Positions 23,792 through 35,888 of a stretch of 64,000 nt of DNA are shown in pieces. Numbering within the stretch: the stretch's first letter is position 1; each line of letters opens with the position of its first letter. Source of the DNA: Macrostomum hystrix (taxonomy: Eukaryota; Animalia; Platyhelminthes); NCBI GenBank assembly GCA_950097015.1, contig CATNEN010000005.1, positions 4,278,001 through 4,342,000 on the forward strand, given 5' to 3'. The notes beneath the pieces were generated by a model that did not search any database, was not told the DNA's origin, and saw only the letters and a program-made list of their open reading frames with translations. A program made the position numbers and the translations under genes.

Positions 23792-25553
23792 TCAATAATA
23801 CAAATTTGTATATACTGGAAGCCTTTCATCTTTGAGTACTTTACTCACCAGAAAATTTGAAGAGCTCCCGTCAATATCCTGTAGGGATTGCTGAGAGTGC
23901 GACAAAGCTTGGGTGCGGATGTCTGGTGGCAGCCAAGGCTTCTGCGGCACCTCTCTATTCAGGACAGTCAGTTGATGGCCAGAATTGGATTCTTCCGTAG
24001 ATCTCTGTAAGCAGATTTTCTGCAGATTTATTAATGGTCGAGTTTGATTAAAAGAAAACGTTATGAAAAAATGATATTGAATATTGATATTTTTGCTTGC
24101 TTGCCTTTCTGCCAAACATCAAGAGACTTGCTGCGAGTACAATAATCACTAAGGCAGCGATGCAAATCGAAGCCAGCACCAATGCTGAAAAAATGAGTTG
24201 CTATGGTAAGTGATGCACAAATTTAGGTAAAATTAAGAACAAACTTAACAACTGAGACTATCTTTAGTTGGAAGTGATTGCTTACAAAAGCCAGTGCTTT
24301 TAGGGCAGCTTCTGTCAACAAAAATAGATTTCTCGATCTTGTAACTAGTTCCGCCATTCACTGTGCATTTGACTGTCATGTTAAGAAAACGGCTGCAGTT
24401 TTCACATAGCCACGAAGATCTCAGCAAGTTTCTATGGAGGTCGCAGGTTGGTCTGTTCTTAATTAGCAACTGAACATTTTCGCCGTTTAAATCGTAGGCT
24501 GTGCAAGCGTGTTCTGAAGTATCTGGTGATTCGAAGAAAAATGTAATATCGTCACTGGGTTGACGTCGGTTGCAAATCCCTTTTTCAGCTTTGATTGTTA
24601 ATTGACTTGTCGAGTCTGCAATAAAATAAATATTTTCATCAAAAAAGCAACCAGGAGACAAGCAGTGTGCATGATATTAACAAACGGAATAAAAAGTCGC
24701 GTACCTGTTATATCAATTTGATTCAACCAAATGTCCACAAAATTCATACACCTATCCGTTTCTTTACTGTTGCCTGCAGTAACATTCTTTCTTAGCAACA
24801 ACATACGAACCTAGAAGAAATGTATCTTTGATAACAGATTATCATTTTAATGTAGACCGATAAATTATAAGAAGTTTTACGCACCTCTTGATCACATTTG
24901 ACCGTCAAGTACCTTTCTTCAATCTTAGAAAACTGAGTTTTTCCACAGTAGTGCCACATTTTTGGGTTATACTGTGAACTTACACTAGCTGAGCAGTGTT
25001 CGGATCCAAAGTTTTGATACAGTTTTGATGAGAACACTTCGATATCGGCTGCTCGATATTGAACGTTGGATTCTGGAAGGTAATTGTCGATAACACCTAC
25101 CTAATCGGGCCAGATGTCGTTCCACCTGTTGTTCTTATTAGTGTAATAACGTAACAAAAAACTCACCAGATCTACTTTTGACTGTCACAGACTTGATTTT
25201 TTCAGTCTTATTAAGTGCTATGATAAACCAGTGGTAACCCTTATCAGCAAATTTATTATTAGTTTCAGAATGGAAAAATTTAAAACTGTTGACATTGTTG
25301 GCTGAATGCGCTTTAAAGCAGGTTTCTTTTTTAGTGTGTGCTAAATACTGCGATGTCTGCCATGAGTCTGCTATATAGTTTGATGTGACGTTTAATCCAC
25401 CTGCAAGGCGCGAAGTTAATTTTTTACTGGTTCAATAAAATATTTTTTGGTCATAAAGCGTTTCAACTCACATTTTCCTTTTTTAAGCTCGCTCAAAATG
25501 GCGCTTCGACATGTGGCAAGCAATGTGCAGAAGATAATTCCAAAGATTTGCAT
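23792..25553 (-). CDS. Receptor R4: signal peptide + lectin-like + Cys-rich + TM + tail, no Ig exon (about 415 aa, 7 exons)
   Basis: Exons 25553-25472, 25400-25167, 25072-24885, 24810-24705, 24615-24286, 24184-24105, 24019-23792. Motifs WQTSQY, FFHS, DKGYHWFII, RAADIEVF, FGSEHC, LLLRK...CMNFVDIW. TM: LVLASICIAALVIIVLAASLLMF-GRK with a GC donor. The tail end (VYTNLYY-stop) may be spliced differently. Confidence 0.78.
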
Positions 25554-26049
25554 GCTACTTCTACGCCTGTTCTATAAAGTTCGAAGCAGTTTGTAATACC
25601 AACCAACTTAAAACTCGTTCAGATATGACTTGACTCTTTATAGCTAGTTAAAAGTTGATGCTGACAGTTGCGCCCACTGCATACGAGTGACTCGCAGATC
25701 AGAACAAGTTTTAGACAGTTTGCAATGCTACCCTAAATGGAAATATATGTATAAATTCGGGGTCTTAGATAAACACCTTTTGATGTGTTGTCCGAACGCC
25801 GTGATTTATTAAAAGCTTTTGAACAGCCAGAAAGGCCAAATTTAGTTGTGTCAGTTTTCATGCGCTGTAGCTAAACAGGGGTTTTATATTAATCAATTTT
25901 ATCATGATTGTAATTCAAGGTTAATCTTTGCTTGTCTAATTTTTTAATTGAATTCCCCTTAAAGGTGGGTAAAAATTCGTTGAAAGCAGCCTATACCTTT
26001 GTCCAAACTTTTTAGATATATTTTAATTTCATTTCTTCGTCTATGGCCA

Positions 26050-27045
26050 AAATTAAAAGTCACCTGGAAGGGTGCCTGCCGCGTGAACAACAGGAATCCT
26101 GTTGAGACGTCTCGGGACAAGGACCCAGTTGTCGAGGCTGTAAAGCAGGACGGTGTCGACCAAAGCCTGAAACAAACGCCGCCCGCAGTCTATCAGTTCG
26201 GGCCTCATACTGCAGGACTATCGGACTCAATAGAGTTCTCGTTGCGGAAGGCTGCCCAGGCAAGCCCGCCGCCACGCCGTAGATATTTGCGAACGTCGGG
26301 CAACGGACTGCTGTGGTAGATAAGCTGCTGGCAACGTACAGTTACGGGGTGAGTGGCAGAGCGGTTGACGCGTTTGCCTCTCGCACCAAGGTCCCTGAGC
26401 TCGATTCCGCGGCATGGCTACATTCATTTGGGGCGCAGCTGCGGAGAAGAAGGCTTGGGTGCAATTTAAACCCATGAGGGCCAACCTCCAAGGCACAGTG
26501 AAAGTGTACACTGCCTGACATTGAGAAAGTCAGGGCAGATGTACACAACTGTGTGAGCGTGTGCCTGCGTACAGTGTGCGTGTATGCTCAGGAGTCTGCG
26601 AAATGCGCAGAATTGCCTCCTCGCAGGCTTGTGGGACCAAAATGATGTGCCGTTGCCTGCAGCACTCCTGCAATTATTACGATATTATTATTAATAAAGT
26701 ACAGTTCCCATCCGAGCCTTAGTTCTGGATCGCGACTCGGATTCCACCGGCGGTAGTGTATTGACCACCAAGCCGACACTCGCTGACAGGTTATCTAGTT
26801 CGAAAGTTGAGAATAAGCAGGGCGATGTCGTCCGCGTAGCCAAGAACGCCAGCAGCCACATTCTTTTAGCCTGACCCCCTCACGTCGCCGCAGCATAATA
26901 CCTTTGTCGTCAGACGGTACAGCACTCCGTTGCAACCGAGTCGAGCACCAAGATAAATAAGAACGGCGCCAGCGTGTCCTCCTGAAACACTCCGGAGAAT
27001 GTTTCGAAGGGTTCGTCCAATATTCCCTCCAAATAGGTATAAGCA
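26050..27045 (-). mobile_element. Degenerate non-LTR retrotransposon (RTE-like) reverse transcriptase fragment, interrupted by a SINE
   Basis: Frameshifted motifs GVFQEDTLAPFLFILVLD, LGYADDIALL (YADD at 26827-26838), GLAWAAF and RLFQALVDTVLLYSLDNW, in the correct order on the minus strand. SINE B5 sits at 26348-26695. Confidence 0.8.
26348..26695 (+). mobile_element. SINE family B copy 5 (near full length, ATT-rich tail)
   Basis: Head GAGTGGCAGAGCGGTTGACGCG...CTCGATTCCGC, full shared body, tail CCTGCAATTATTACGATATTATTATT. Confidence 0.85.
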
Positions 27046-27501
27046 TGCATTTGTTTGTAGTTATTCAGATAAGTTTGTATGCGCATCACTATATGGTATC
27101 ATTTAGAATTGCAGTATTCTATGAAGAACCAAGTATATGTAAGGATATTATTTACTTCAAATGCTATAAATAATTTAATATTATGAAGACATTTAAATTT
27201 TAGCTTTGCAGCATTTTGTTATGCGTGTTTATCTGTTATCAACAACGATTTCGTTCATTCGACAGAATGATATTTGGCAGCATTGAAAGCATCCATTGCT
27301 TCATAAACTTCAGCTCTATTTTTGCACCTGTAGCCGTATATTGCTTATACGAGTAATACACTAGTTTACAAGTAGTTTACAAGTAGTTTACAAGATCCAT
27401 CTATCTACGACATACGTAAATCATGCAAATTTAGAGATGCTTCTGTAGAAATAACTCTACAATTATAGAAAACTTTATAAAGCAGAATTTGACATTTTAA
27501 G

Positions 27502-27693
27502 CATTAAAAGTCCAATTTTCGATTTGGAGACTGTTTTCAACTAATTCAGTGAAAGCAATAGGCTGAAACTAATTTGTCTATTTTAGGTATCTGTCCGATT
27601 GATTTCAAGCTGTTTCGAAATCTGCCAGAAGTGAAAACGACTATCACTGGTTAGCAGTGCAACTGAAGACAGCAACATGGATAATATACCATT
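27502..27693 (+). pseudogene. Degenerate receptor lectin exon fragment R7
   Basis: One frame with several stops reads ...YFRYLSD*FQAVSKSARSENDYHWLAVQLKTATWI, matching the DNGYHWL/DNEYHWF motif of R2 and R3. It is preceded by a plausible acceptor (TTTTAAG at 27501). Confidence 0.55.
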
Positions 27694-27953
27694 AATACCC
27701 ATGCCCACCCACTACCATAGACTATTTTACTAGAAAGTCAAATCGTACGCTGAGCCTTGTTTCTCTCTCCTTTTCACCACTCAGCGGACCTTTATTCTAT
27801 CTACAGTATCTCTCTCTCATTTATTTCTCTCCCTCTTGGTGCGTGATAAGCTATGCCATAGACTAAAACTGCACGAAGTCTGAACAAGTTGATGAGGGAA
27901 AGGAAAACTAAGGCTAGCTCAGAAATTTCTTTCCTTCAAATCTCCACTGAGCC

Positions 27954-28484
27954 ATGATCAACTACGACGGAATAGTGGAAGGCGAGATTGTAGGCTTGTC
28001 CACTGATGAATTGCGCTTCGTCACTGATGAATCGGTCAACCGCTCCGGAGATACTGCGATATCTCAATTCACCGGACTCGTGACTCTCGACGCAAGCTTC
28101 GTCGAGCAGTTTATGCTGGGATTGTCAGATTATCCGGAGTTAAGCGAGAGCGACGTACAAGAGATTTCGAAATTGGAGAATGATTGCGCTGTGCGATCTA
28201 CCGAGAAGCAGACCAGGATCTACTCTGAGAAGGTGAAGGCCTTTCTAGCTGAGCGAGGTTTGTCAACTGACCTCGAGAGCATGCCGCCAAGATACGTGTG
28301 TCACTATCTCCGTTTGTTTTTCTCTACTCTCAAGAAGCCCGATGGCACTGCTTACAGTTGTAGCACACTTGTGTGCATAAGGGCTGCAATTCATCGTTTC
28401 CTACTGGAAAAGCGAGGTATGCCGCTCATTGGAAATCCGGATTTTTTTGAGCTGGATAAAACCTTCAAAGCTGCCGTAACGTGA
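27954..28484 (+). mobile_element. Crypton-like tyrosine recombinase N-terminal fragment (QRICH1/KCTD1/ZMYM DUF3504-associated family), truncated
   Basis: The 176-aa ORF contains YLRLFFSTLKKPDGTAYSCSTLVCIRAAIHRFL...LIGNPDF, the LxxFxxxxRKxDGxxYxxxSLxxIRxAIxRxL pattern that precedes the Crypton catalytic domain. It stops before any catalytic motifs. Confidence 0.65.
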
Positions 28485-29459
28485 GCTTTGTGAGGTTGGT
28501 GAGGTTCATTGGTGAGGTTCTCATATTCTTGCGAAATCTTTTTAGAAGTTTATTAAAGCACAGTTTATTAGCAGAAAAACGTTATGCAATATTGGTTGAT
28601 CTGTGATGTCCCGTGTCTATATAATAATTGGTAATTCTTTATCCGGTACGTGACTCATCAACAGAGCTAAGTAACAACTGAAGTCTGGATTGCATCAGGG
28701 GAAGTTGGATTTCGGCTCTGACCCAGGGACTCCTAAGTACTCGGAACGGGAAACGCATGAATTGCATGAATTGGTCGTTTCCCGTCACAAGTAGTTAGTA
28801 GTTATCTCCGTCTTCGGTGGTCACCTATACATTTATCTAGACGGACTGCTGGACCTTCAAGGGCTACAACAGGAACAATAGGCCACTATGGACACCCTGA
28901 CGCAAATTTCTCAAATTTCACTGATCAAGCCTAAAAATTAGGCGCAGCTCAATTATTTGGACACCATCGCCTAGTCTGCCAGCCAATCAGTCACCACCCA
29001 ACGCTGTTAGGATTCAGGCGCTGCCAAAAAATTGTTCAGGGATTTCTCCACTGTATATAAAACGATTGGCAAAATGACTTGGCTGTCCTACTGTTAATAT
29101 TTAGATGCTCTTAATCCTTCAGTAGGAAATAGCAATTTCGGCTACATAATCAATGTTTCACTTTAGAAGTAGGAAAATCTCCAACTTCAATATCTGATTA
29201 TTTGCATGAGGACATATAAAAACCGATTAAATTGTTGAGGACATTGTTTATTGAAATATCTGAATAAAGACTAGTATTTTCTGCTCAAAAGATTGCGATT
29301 TTATACATGCAATTGATTTACTTCAAAGGCGTTAGAAACTATTAAAACTCTGAATATCAGCTCGTCAAATCGTCAACTCAATATTTTACAGTCACAGTAA
29401 TTACTAGTATAAGAGTATTGTTTGTCCTTAGCTTGTAGGCTGTGGCCATTGGTTTCCAT

Positions 29460-31155
29460 TCAATTAGAGCCATTAGCACCATTACCATCAGCGACAATTT
29501 CTGTATAGAGGGTCCACTCACTCGGTGGTCGCTCCGAATCCAGACTGAGATCACTTTGAGCTGACTTAACAACTTCGTAGCTGCATTCAGCCTGCTGACT
29601 GAGACTTGGATTATAATTTGAATCGCTCAATTGCAGGCAAACCTGAGGCTTAACACTCTGGACTTCAAGTTCGTTGAGCTCCTGAGGAGTTGAAAAACTT
29701 TCTGCTCCTTCGTAAAATTGGCTTGCAGTGTTCTGAAAACCATTTATACATTGTCCTCTCGAGCGCTGAAATGTTTAGACTAATGCTTCGTTTTACTTTG
29801 TCAAAGTTTGTCTATAAAACTTAGAAAATAGAGATTTTACCAGCTTGAAAGTGCAGATGCCGACAGCAACAGCACAAGCAACAGCAGTGAGTATGAGCAG
29901 CATTGGTAAAATTGCTGTTGCACTAAACACAGACTTTTTAGAGGCTTAAATGTTTATAAAATAAACGACTTTACATAAAAATCTTAAATAAGAAATTTAA
30001 AGTTCAAGGACAACAAATGCGAATCTTACGACAAATCAGAGAATTAAAAAATGTTCGATTTGTTACATCATGTGACGCCGTACACGATAATGTCAATGAT
30101 GAATATGTGCCGCTGCAATTTAAGCAAAACCAAACCGACTTCAGTACATTTGCCACTGGATCACAGGTCAGGTCGTCAATCGTATTTTGTTTAAACAAAT
30201 TCATCCGGTAGCCATTCTCGTCTGTGGCGTAGCACTCGTGCTGGGGTGCAGGATTTGAGTCCGAAGATTCGAAACCGAATGTCAGATTAGAAGCTTGCTG
30301 ATCTACGCAGATATTCTCATCAACAGATATTTTCAGCTTTTGCGTCGGATCTGAAATTTATGAATCGTGTTTAAAATTATTTGTTTCCTTATATTATCAT
30401 GTTTTGATAGCATATAGCTTTGCTACTCACTCGATACACTGACAGTGCTAATCCACATGTTGACGAAGCTCATACACTGCTTACGCTCATCGCTAACATT
30501 GCTGACGTTCTTTCTAAGCAGAATCATTGTACTCACGACCGGCTAAGTTAATAGTTATTTGGCTATTCATTAATGACTCAAATTGTAGATCATTGAGCTC
30601 TAAGAGGGCAATCTTTTACCTTTACCTGGTGGCAGTTGACAATCAGTGTTTCGTTGGACTTCACTGTCGGCTTAGTCCTGCCGCACATGCTCCAATTGCT
30701 CATGGTTTCGTAAAACTTTTTGCTAATTGCTGTTGAGTTGCAGTGCTCCGAACCGAATTCATAGTCGTTTTGCGTAGTCCATATTTCAATGTCAGCTGCT
30801 CGACTGTTAAGTACGTCCGTCAGATTATCCTTTTTTTCGTATTCTGAAACATCTAAAAAAATCATGAGAGTTTTTATCATGAAAATTGAAAATATACTTA
30901 AAAGTACTTTAGATCGGAAAAATTGGCATGTTTAATAATTACCTCTATTTTTTATCGATACAGATGCAACTACTTGACTCTGGTTTAACTTGATCACTAA
31001 CCAATGATGTCCATCGTCTAGATATGTACTCCCTTCACCCGAATGGAAGTATCTGTATGTATTTTTCTGACCAAAAGAAGAATTGAAGCAATAGTGAAAA
31101 CGAGTTGACGACTGCCAAGAATGCTTAAACGAGCGGTTGTCGATGCTCAGGCTAC
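29460..31155 (-). CDS. Receptor R5: lectin-like + Cys-rich + TM + tail with ITSM-like motif (first exon unresolved)
   Basis: Exons 31155-30943, 30852-30620, 30542-30431, 30350-30030, 29944-29841 (104 bp TM), 29765-29460, with consistent phases. Motifs WQSST, YFHS, DDGHHWLVIKL, KNRD, RAADIEIW, FGSEHC, ILLRK...CMSFVNMW. Tail has SYEVV and RPPSEWTLYTEIVADG. Confidence 0.78.
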
Positions 31156-32369
31156 CTGAAATAATATTTTCTTCGATCAGTATGTGTAGTACAAACTCAA
31201 GGCCAGAGGTGCGCAGATAAAAACTTTTTTTCTCATTTCCTACAAGTCAGGCACTCCCAAGTTAGTGTAAAGGCACGTGGTAGAATCTCAGAAAGTCAAT
31301 AAGAATTAATATTATTCAATAAGCTGAATTCTATGCGTAATCGCACCCACCCCACCTCTCCTTGGCTTACCGTACAACGTCGGACCAATCAGAGCGTGGT
31401 AGCCTTGCTAATAGTATTTGTATTCCTCTAGCGACCATTTATCTCTCTTTTCACTTCAGATTTGCAACTAGTCAGTATAACAACTGAGCCTCGACCTCAC
31501 TATTAGGTTTATTTAATCGAGTATAGAACCGCAGGGCGTCCTATCTGTCTATTGACCTTTACGTTAAAAGTCAGTAGTATCAATTGGACCAAATTACTAC
31601 TAAACCATCAACGGCTATAGTGCCTCTGGACAATGGGATCAGCACACGGACAACAAGAGTAGACTGCTGCACCACTTGTGTTGTTGTCCATGGATCACGT
31701 TTAGATCATAGATGCATGCTAGGTTTTATTCCTTCTTAGTTTAAAAAGTAAGCAAATTTGAACTTACATTTTCCCATTTCCGCTTCAGCAGTGCATAGCA
31801 GCATGCATACTATCATGGAATAAAAGTTGACAAGTGGCAAATGTTTAGAAATCATTTGAGTTTCTTTAAATGGCAGAGTTAATAGTTTGTAGCGTTTAAT
31901 GGTCTAAAACTTTCTTAAGAATGTCTTTTCTGAATACCTTCGCTCGTGATTTAAGCAAGACACAATCTAAGAAAGGTTTAAATTAGCAATTCATATTTAT
32001 ATGCCCATTGTCAGTTTATGTAACAAGCAAAATGCTGAGCTACAAAGTTGAAGTTAGCGCTATTAACACGCACGGTTTACACGCGCACAAATTTCTTGCT
32101 AATATCATCTTTTCTGATCGTTAAAGTATTAGCTAGGACTGATTTCGATGCTAATAATTGATAGTCTAATTACTGCCAATCCTTCATAGTCCTGAAAAAT
32201 ATGGATTTGTTTATACATTTGCTTGAAGCAACTTTCCTATAGAGATAGATGATGGCCCAAAGCGAGTTTTTGGCTGTTTTAATCACCACCAAATGATCAT
32301 GCAATTTAATAGACTAAACCAGTGCATTGGTGCAAGCCTTTTTGTTAATTATAGTAACAGCTACTACAG

Positions 32370-32787
32370 CAGGGGTCGGCAAACTCCGGCCCGCGGGCCA
32401 GATGCGGCCCTCGAAGCTCCCAAATCCGGCCCGTTGACCCTTCTGACATCTACAGTGTCCTGTTTCATCTCTCTCGTGTCTAATCTCTCCCGTGTCTAAT
32501 CTCTCCCGTGTCTAAATTCTCCCGTGTCTCATCGCTCTCGTATCTAATCTCTCCCGTGTCTCAACTCTCCCGTGTCTAATCTCTCCCGTGTCTCAACTCC
32601 CCTGTGTCTAATCTCTCCCGTGTCTAATCTCTCCCGTGTCTCATCGCTCTCGTATCTAATCTCTCCCGTGTCTAATCTCTTCCGTGTCTAATCTCTTCCC
32701 TAGCTGTCTTTTATACAGTCAATGCGGCCCGCTGTCGTCTTTTAGGCTCTCTCTTTGGCCCGCCAGCAATAAGTTTGCCTACCCCTG
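32370..32787. mobile_element. hAT (Charlie-like) MITE carrying a 16-bp minisatellite
   Basis: TIRs CAGGGGTCGGCAAACT / AGTTTGCCTACCCCTG, subterminal GCGGCCC motifs, degenerate 8-bp TSD TACTACAG / AGCTACAG, and internal TCTAATCTCTCCCGTG repeats. Confidence 0.85.
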
Positions 32788-32899
32788 AGCTACAGCTATC
32801 GTTCAGATAAGATGTTATTTGCTGATTTTATTTCAAAGAAAAATCTAATTTCTTTATATTGGTACATGTACAATACGTGAGACTTCTTGTTGTGACTAC

Positions 32900-33110
32900 A
32901 GAGGGTCGGACTAACGACTTGAAGGTCGGGGTTTCGATTCAAGTCTTTGTGTCCATGACTTTGTGTCCATGAGACAGACACTGGAGTTTACACAGCTGTT
33001 AAATTGAGTACCGGCATTTGAGGGTTGGTTGTAACATCCCATCAGTCCATGGACCTAAACAGTCGTACGCAGCCTTCAAATGCGCCGCGCTATATAGCTG
33101 CGGCTGTCCA
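32900..33110 (+). mobile_element. SINE family A copy 3 (rearranged)
   Basis: CGACTTGAAGGTCGGGGTTTCGATTC head and the body CCCATCAGTCCATGGAC...GTACGCAGCCTTCA. Confidence 0.7.
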
Positions 33111-33139
33111 AAGACCACTTAGCTACTTCAGTAGTACTT

Positions 33140-34860
33140 GCTACTTCTGATAGTCCAGTTCTATCAGATATTCCAGTACAATCTGATAATAATCCAGCAC
33201 TCTCTGATAATCCAGCACTATCTGATAATTCAGCACTCTGATAATCCAGCACTATCTGATAATTCAGCACTATCTGATAATTCAGCAGTGCTATCTCATA
33301 ATTCAACACTCTGATAATCCAGCACTCTCTGATAATCCAACACTATCTGATAATCTAACACTCTCTGATAATCCATCACTCTCTGATAATTCAGCACTAT
33401 CTGATAATTCAGCAGTGCTATCTGATAATTCAACACTCTGATAATCCAGCACTCTCTGATAATCCAACACTCTCTGATAATCTAACACTCTCTGATAATT
33501 CACCACTCTCTGATAATTCACCACTCTCTGATAATTCAGCACTCCCTGATTATCCAGCAATCTCTGATAATCCAGCAATCTCTGATAATCCAACACTTTC
33601 TGATAATCCAACACTCTCATAATCCAGCACTCCCTGATTATCCAGCAATCTCTGATAATCCTAAACTCTCTGATAGTCCTACACTCTGATAATCCAGCAC
33701 TCTCTGATAATCCTACACTCTCTGATAATTCAGCACTCTGATAATCCAGCACTCTCTGATAATCCAACACTCTGATAATCCACCACTCTCTGATAATTCA
33801 GCACTCTCTGACAATCCAGCACTCCCTGATTATCCAGCAATCTCTGATAATCCAGCAATCTCTGATAATCCAACACTCTCTGATAATCCAACACTCTCTG
33901 ATAATCCAGCACTCCCTGATTATCCAGCAATCTCTGATAATCCTACACTCTCTGATAATCCTACACTCTCTGATAATTCAGCACTCTCTGACAATCCAGC
34001 ACTCCCTGATTATCCATCACTCTCTGATAATCCAACAATCTCTGATAATCCAACACTCTCTGATAATCCAACACTCTCAGATAATCCAACACTCTCTGAT
34101 AATCCTACACTCTCTGATTATCCAGCAATCTCTGATAATCCAACACTCTCTGATAATCCTACACTCTGATAATCATACACTCTGATAATCCTACACTCTC
34201 TGATAATCCAGCACTCTCTGATAATCCAGCAATCTCTGATAATCCAACACTCTCTGATAATCCTACACTCTGATAATCCTACACTCTCTGATAATCCTAC
34301 ACTCTCTGATTATCCAGCAATCTCTGATAATCCAACACTCTCTGATAATCCTACACTCTGATAATCCTACACTCTGATAATCCTACACTCTCTGATAATC
34401 CAGCACTCTCTGATAATCCAGCAATCTCTGATAATCCAACACTCTCTGATAATCCTACACTCTGATAATCCTACACTCTCTGATAATCCTACACTCTCTG
34501 ATTATCCAGCAATCTCTGATAATCCAACACTCTCTGATAATCCTACACTCTGATAATCCTACACTCTCTGATAATCCTACACTCTCTGATAATCCAGCAC
34601 TCCCTGATTATCCAGCAATCTCTGATAATCCAACAATCTCTGATAATCCTACACTCTGATAATCCTACACTCTGATAATCCTACACTCTCTGATTATCCA
34701 GCAATCTCTGATAATCCAACACTCTCTGATAATCCTACACTCTCTGATAATCCAACACTCTCTGATAATTCAGCATTCTGACAATCCAGCACTCTCTGAT
34801 AATCCAGCAATCTCTGATAATCCTACACTATCTGATAATCCAGCACTATTTGATAATCCA
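33140..34860. repeat. Minisatellite of about 1.7 kb, 18-bp (and 16-bp) unit ATAATCCAACACTCTCTG
   Basis: Direct tandem repetition. The minus-strand ORFs are QRVLDY repeats. Confidence 0.95.
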
Positions 34861-35888
34861 GTAGCTATAGTGCGCTGTGATTAAAAGAAAGTTAAAGAGA
34901 ATAAAGGCATTTTCCGTTAGGAATTTAATGATTTGTAAGGCAGAAACAGATCTCAACATGTTGTTTAGTTATAGTGTTTTGTTTTATATTACGATTGAAA
35001 AAAGGTAGGCAAAAAAATGTTTAATGAAATCGAACTGGTTATGAGCGTTTAAAGCTTGCGTGATTCAAGATTGAACATGCTAGATTCTTCAAACACGACT
35101 CACTCCCTAGTCTTCTCAATAACTCACTCCTCAGTCTCCTCAATAACTCACTCCCGTCACCTCAGTCATACCTATGTTTTCTTCCCATGTCATATGTCAC
35201 AGTGAGTCCAGGTCTAGGTGCTGTGCTGGCAGGTGAGCAGGCTGAACTGCTGGGCTTCATTATATGCCACCTTGTGAATTGCAGTCTGTTGATTCATCCA
35301 TTTCTGGAGGAAGCAGTTGGAGCCGAAAAGTGACTTGAAGAGCAGCATGGAATCGGAGCCCTGCTTCAACACGGCCAGATGGACTAATGTGTCTTTTAGT
35401 AGAAATTCAAGCGTGGAGTGCTGGACTCATTCATAGCAGCTTGGTGAACTATGGTACATTTGAATACCCCTTTGTGGTAGAAGCAGCAGATGAGTATCAC
35501 CATCAGGGTCAGTGTATGAGGGCTTTGAAGTAGGCCTAGCAAATACGGTTGGGCAACATCCAAGTGACATGATGAGCGAGTGACTTTTCAAATCAAAAAG
35601 GCGGTGGGGTGGTTTTTTAGTCCACCAACTGGTACAGATGCAGCAGGCATTTCTAGTCTCATACTTTAATGGTGGTTCTGAGCTCAAAGGAGGTACGCAG
35701 CAGCATTGTGCTTGGAAATAGAGGCAACTGAAAGTAAAAAAGTTTTTGCTTGTTAGTTTAATATTTATCTATGTAATCTATCTCAGTTTAGTTGAGGGGT
35801 TTGTGCACCCAGCCAGACAACTCACTAAGTTAGGGGGCTGTGTGAAGTTGCACCACTTTTTTGTATCTCTCTAGGCCCCTGTTTACTA

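Noticed and set aside
998-31155. Direct homology of the receptors to Hydractinia Alr, Botryllus fuhc, FREPs or Dscam
   Set aside because: Only an architectural analogy. The N-terminal domain and motifs differ and I see no sequence-level evidence.
31160-31440. Candidate signal-peptide exons for R5 (MRKKVFICAPLAL near 31236; MVARGIQILL near 31438)
   Set aside because: Neither gives both a convincing donor and the conserved phase-1 Cys junction, so the first exon is left unresolved.
35185-35237. MSYVTVSPGLGAVLA-G/GTGAGC as the missing first exon of EMC2
   Set aside because: The phase fits, but there is no sequence similarity to EMC2 N-termini and it lies 7.8 kb away. Cannot be supported without transcripts.
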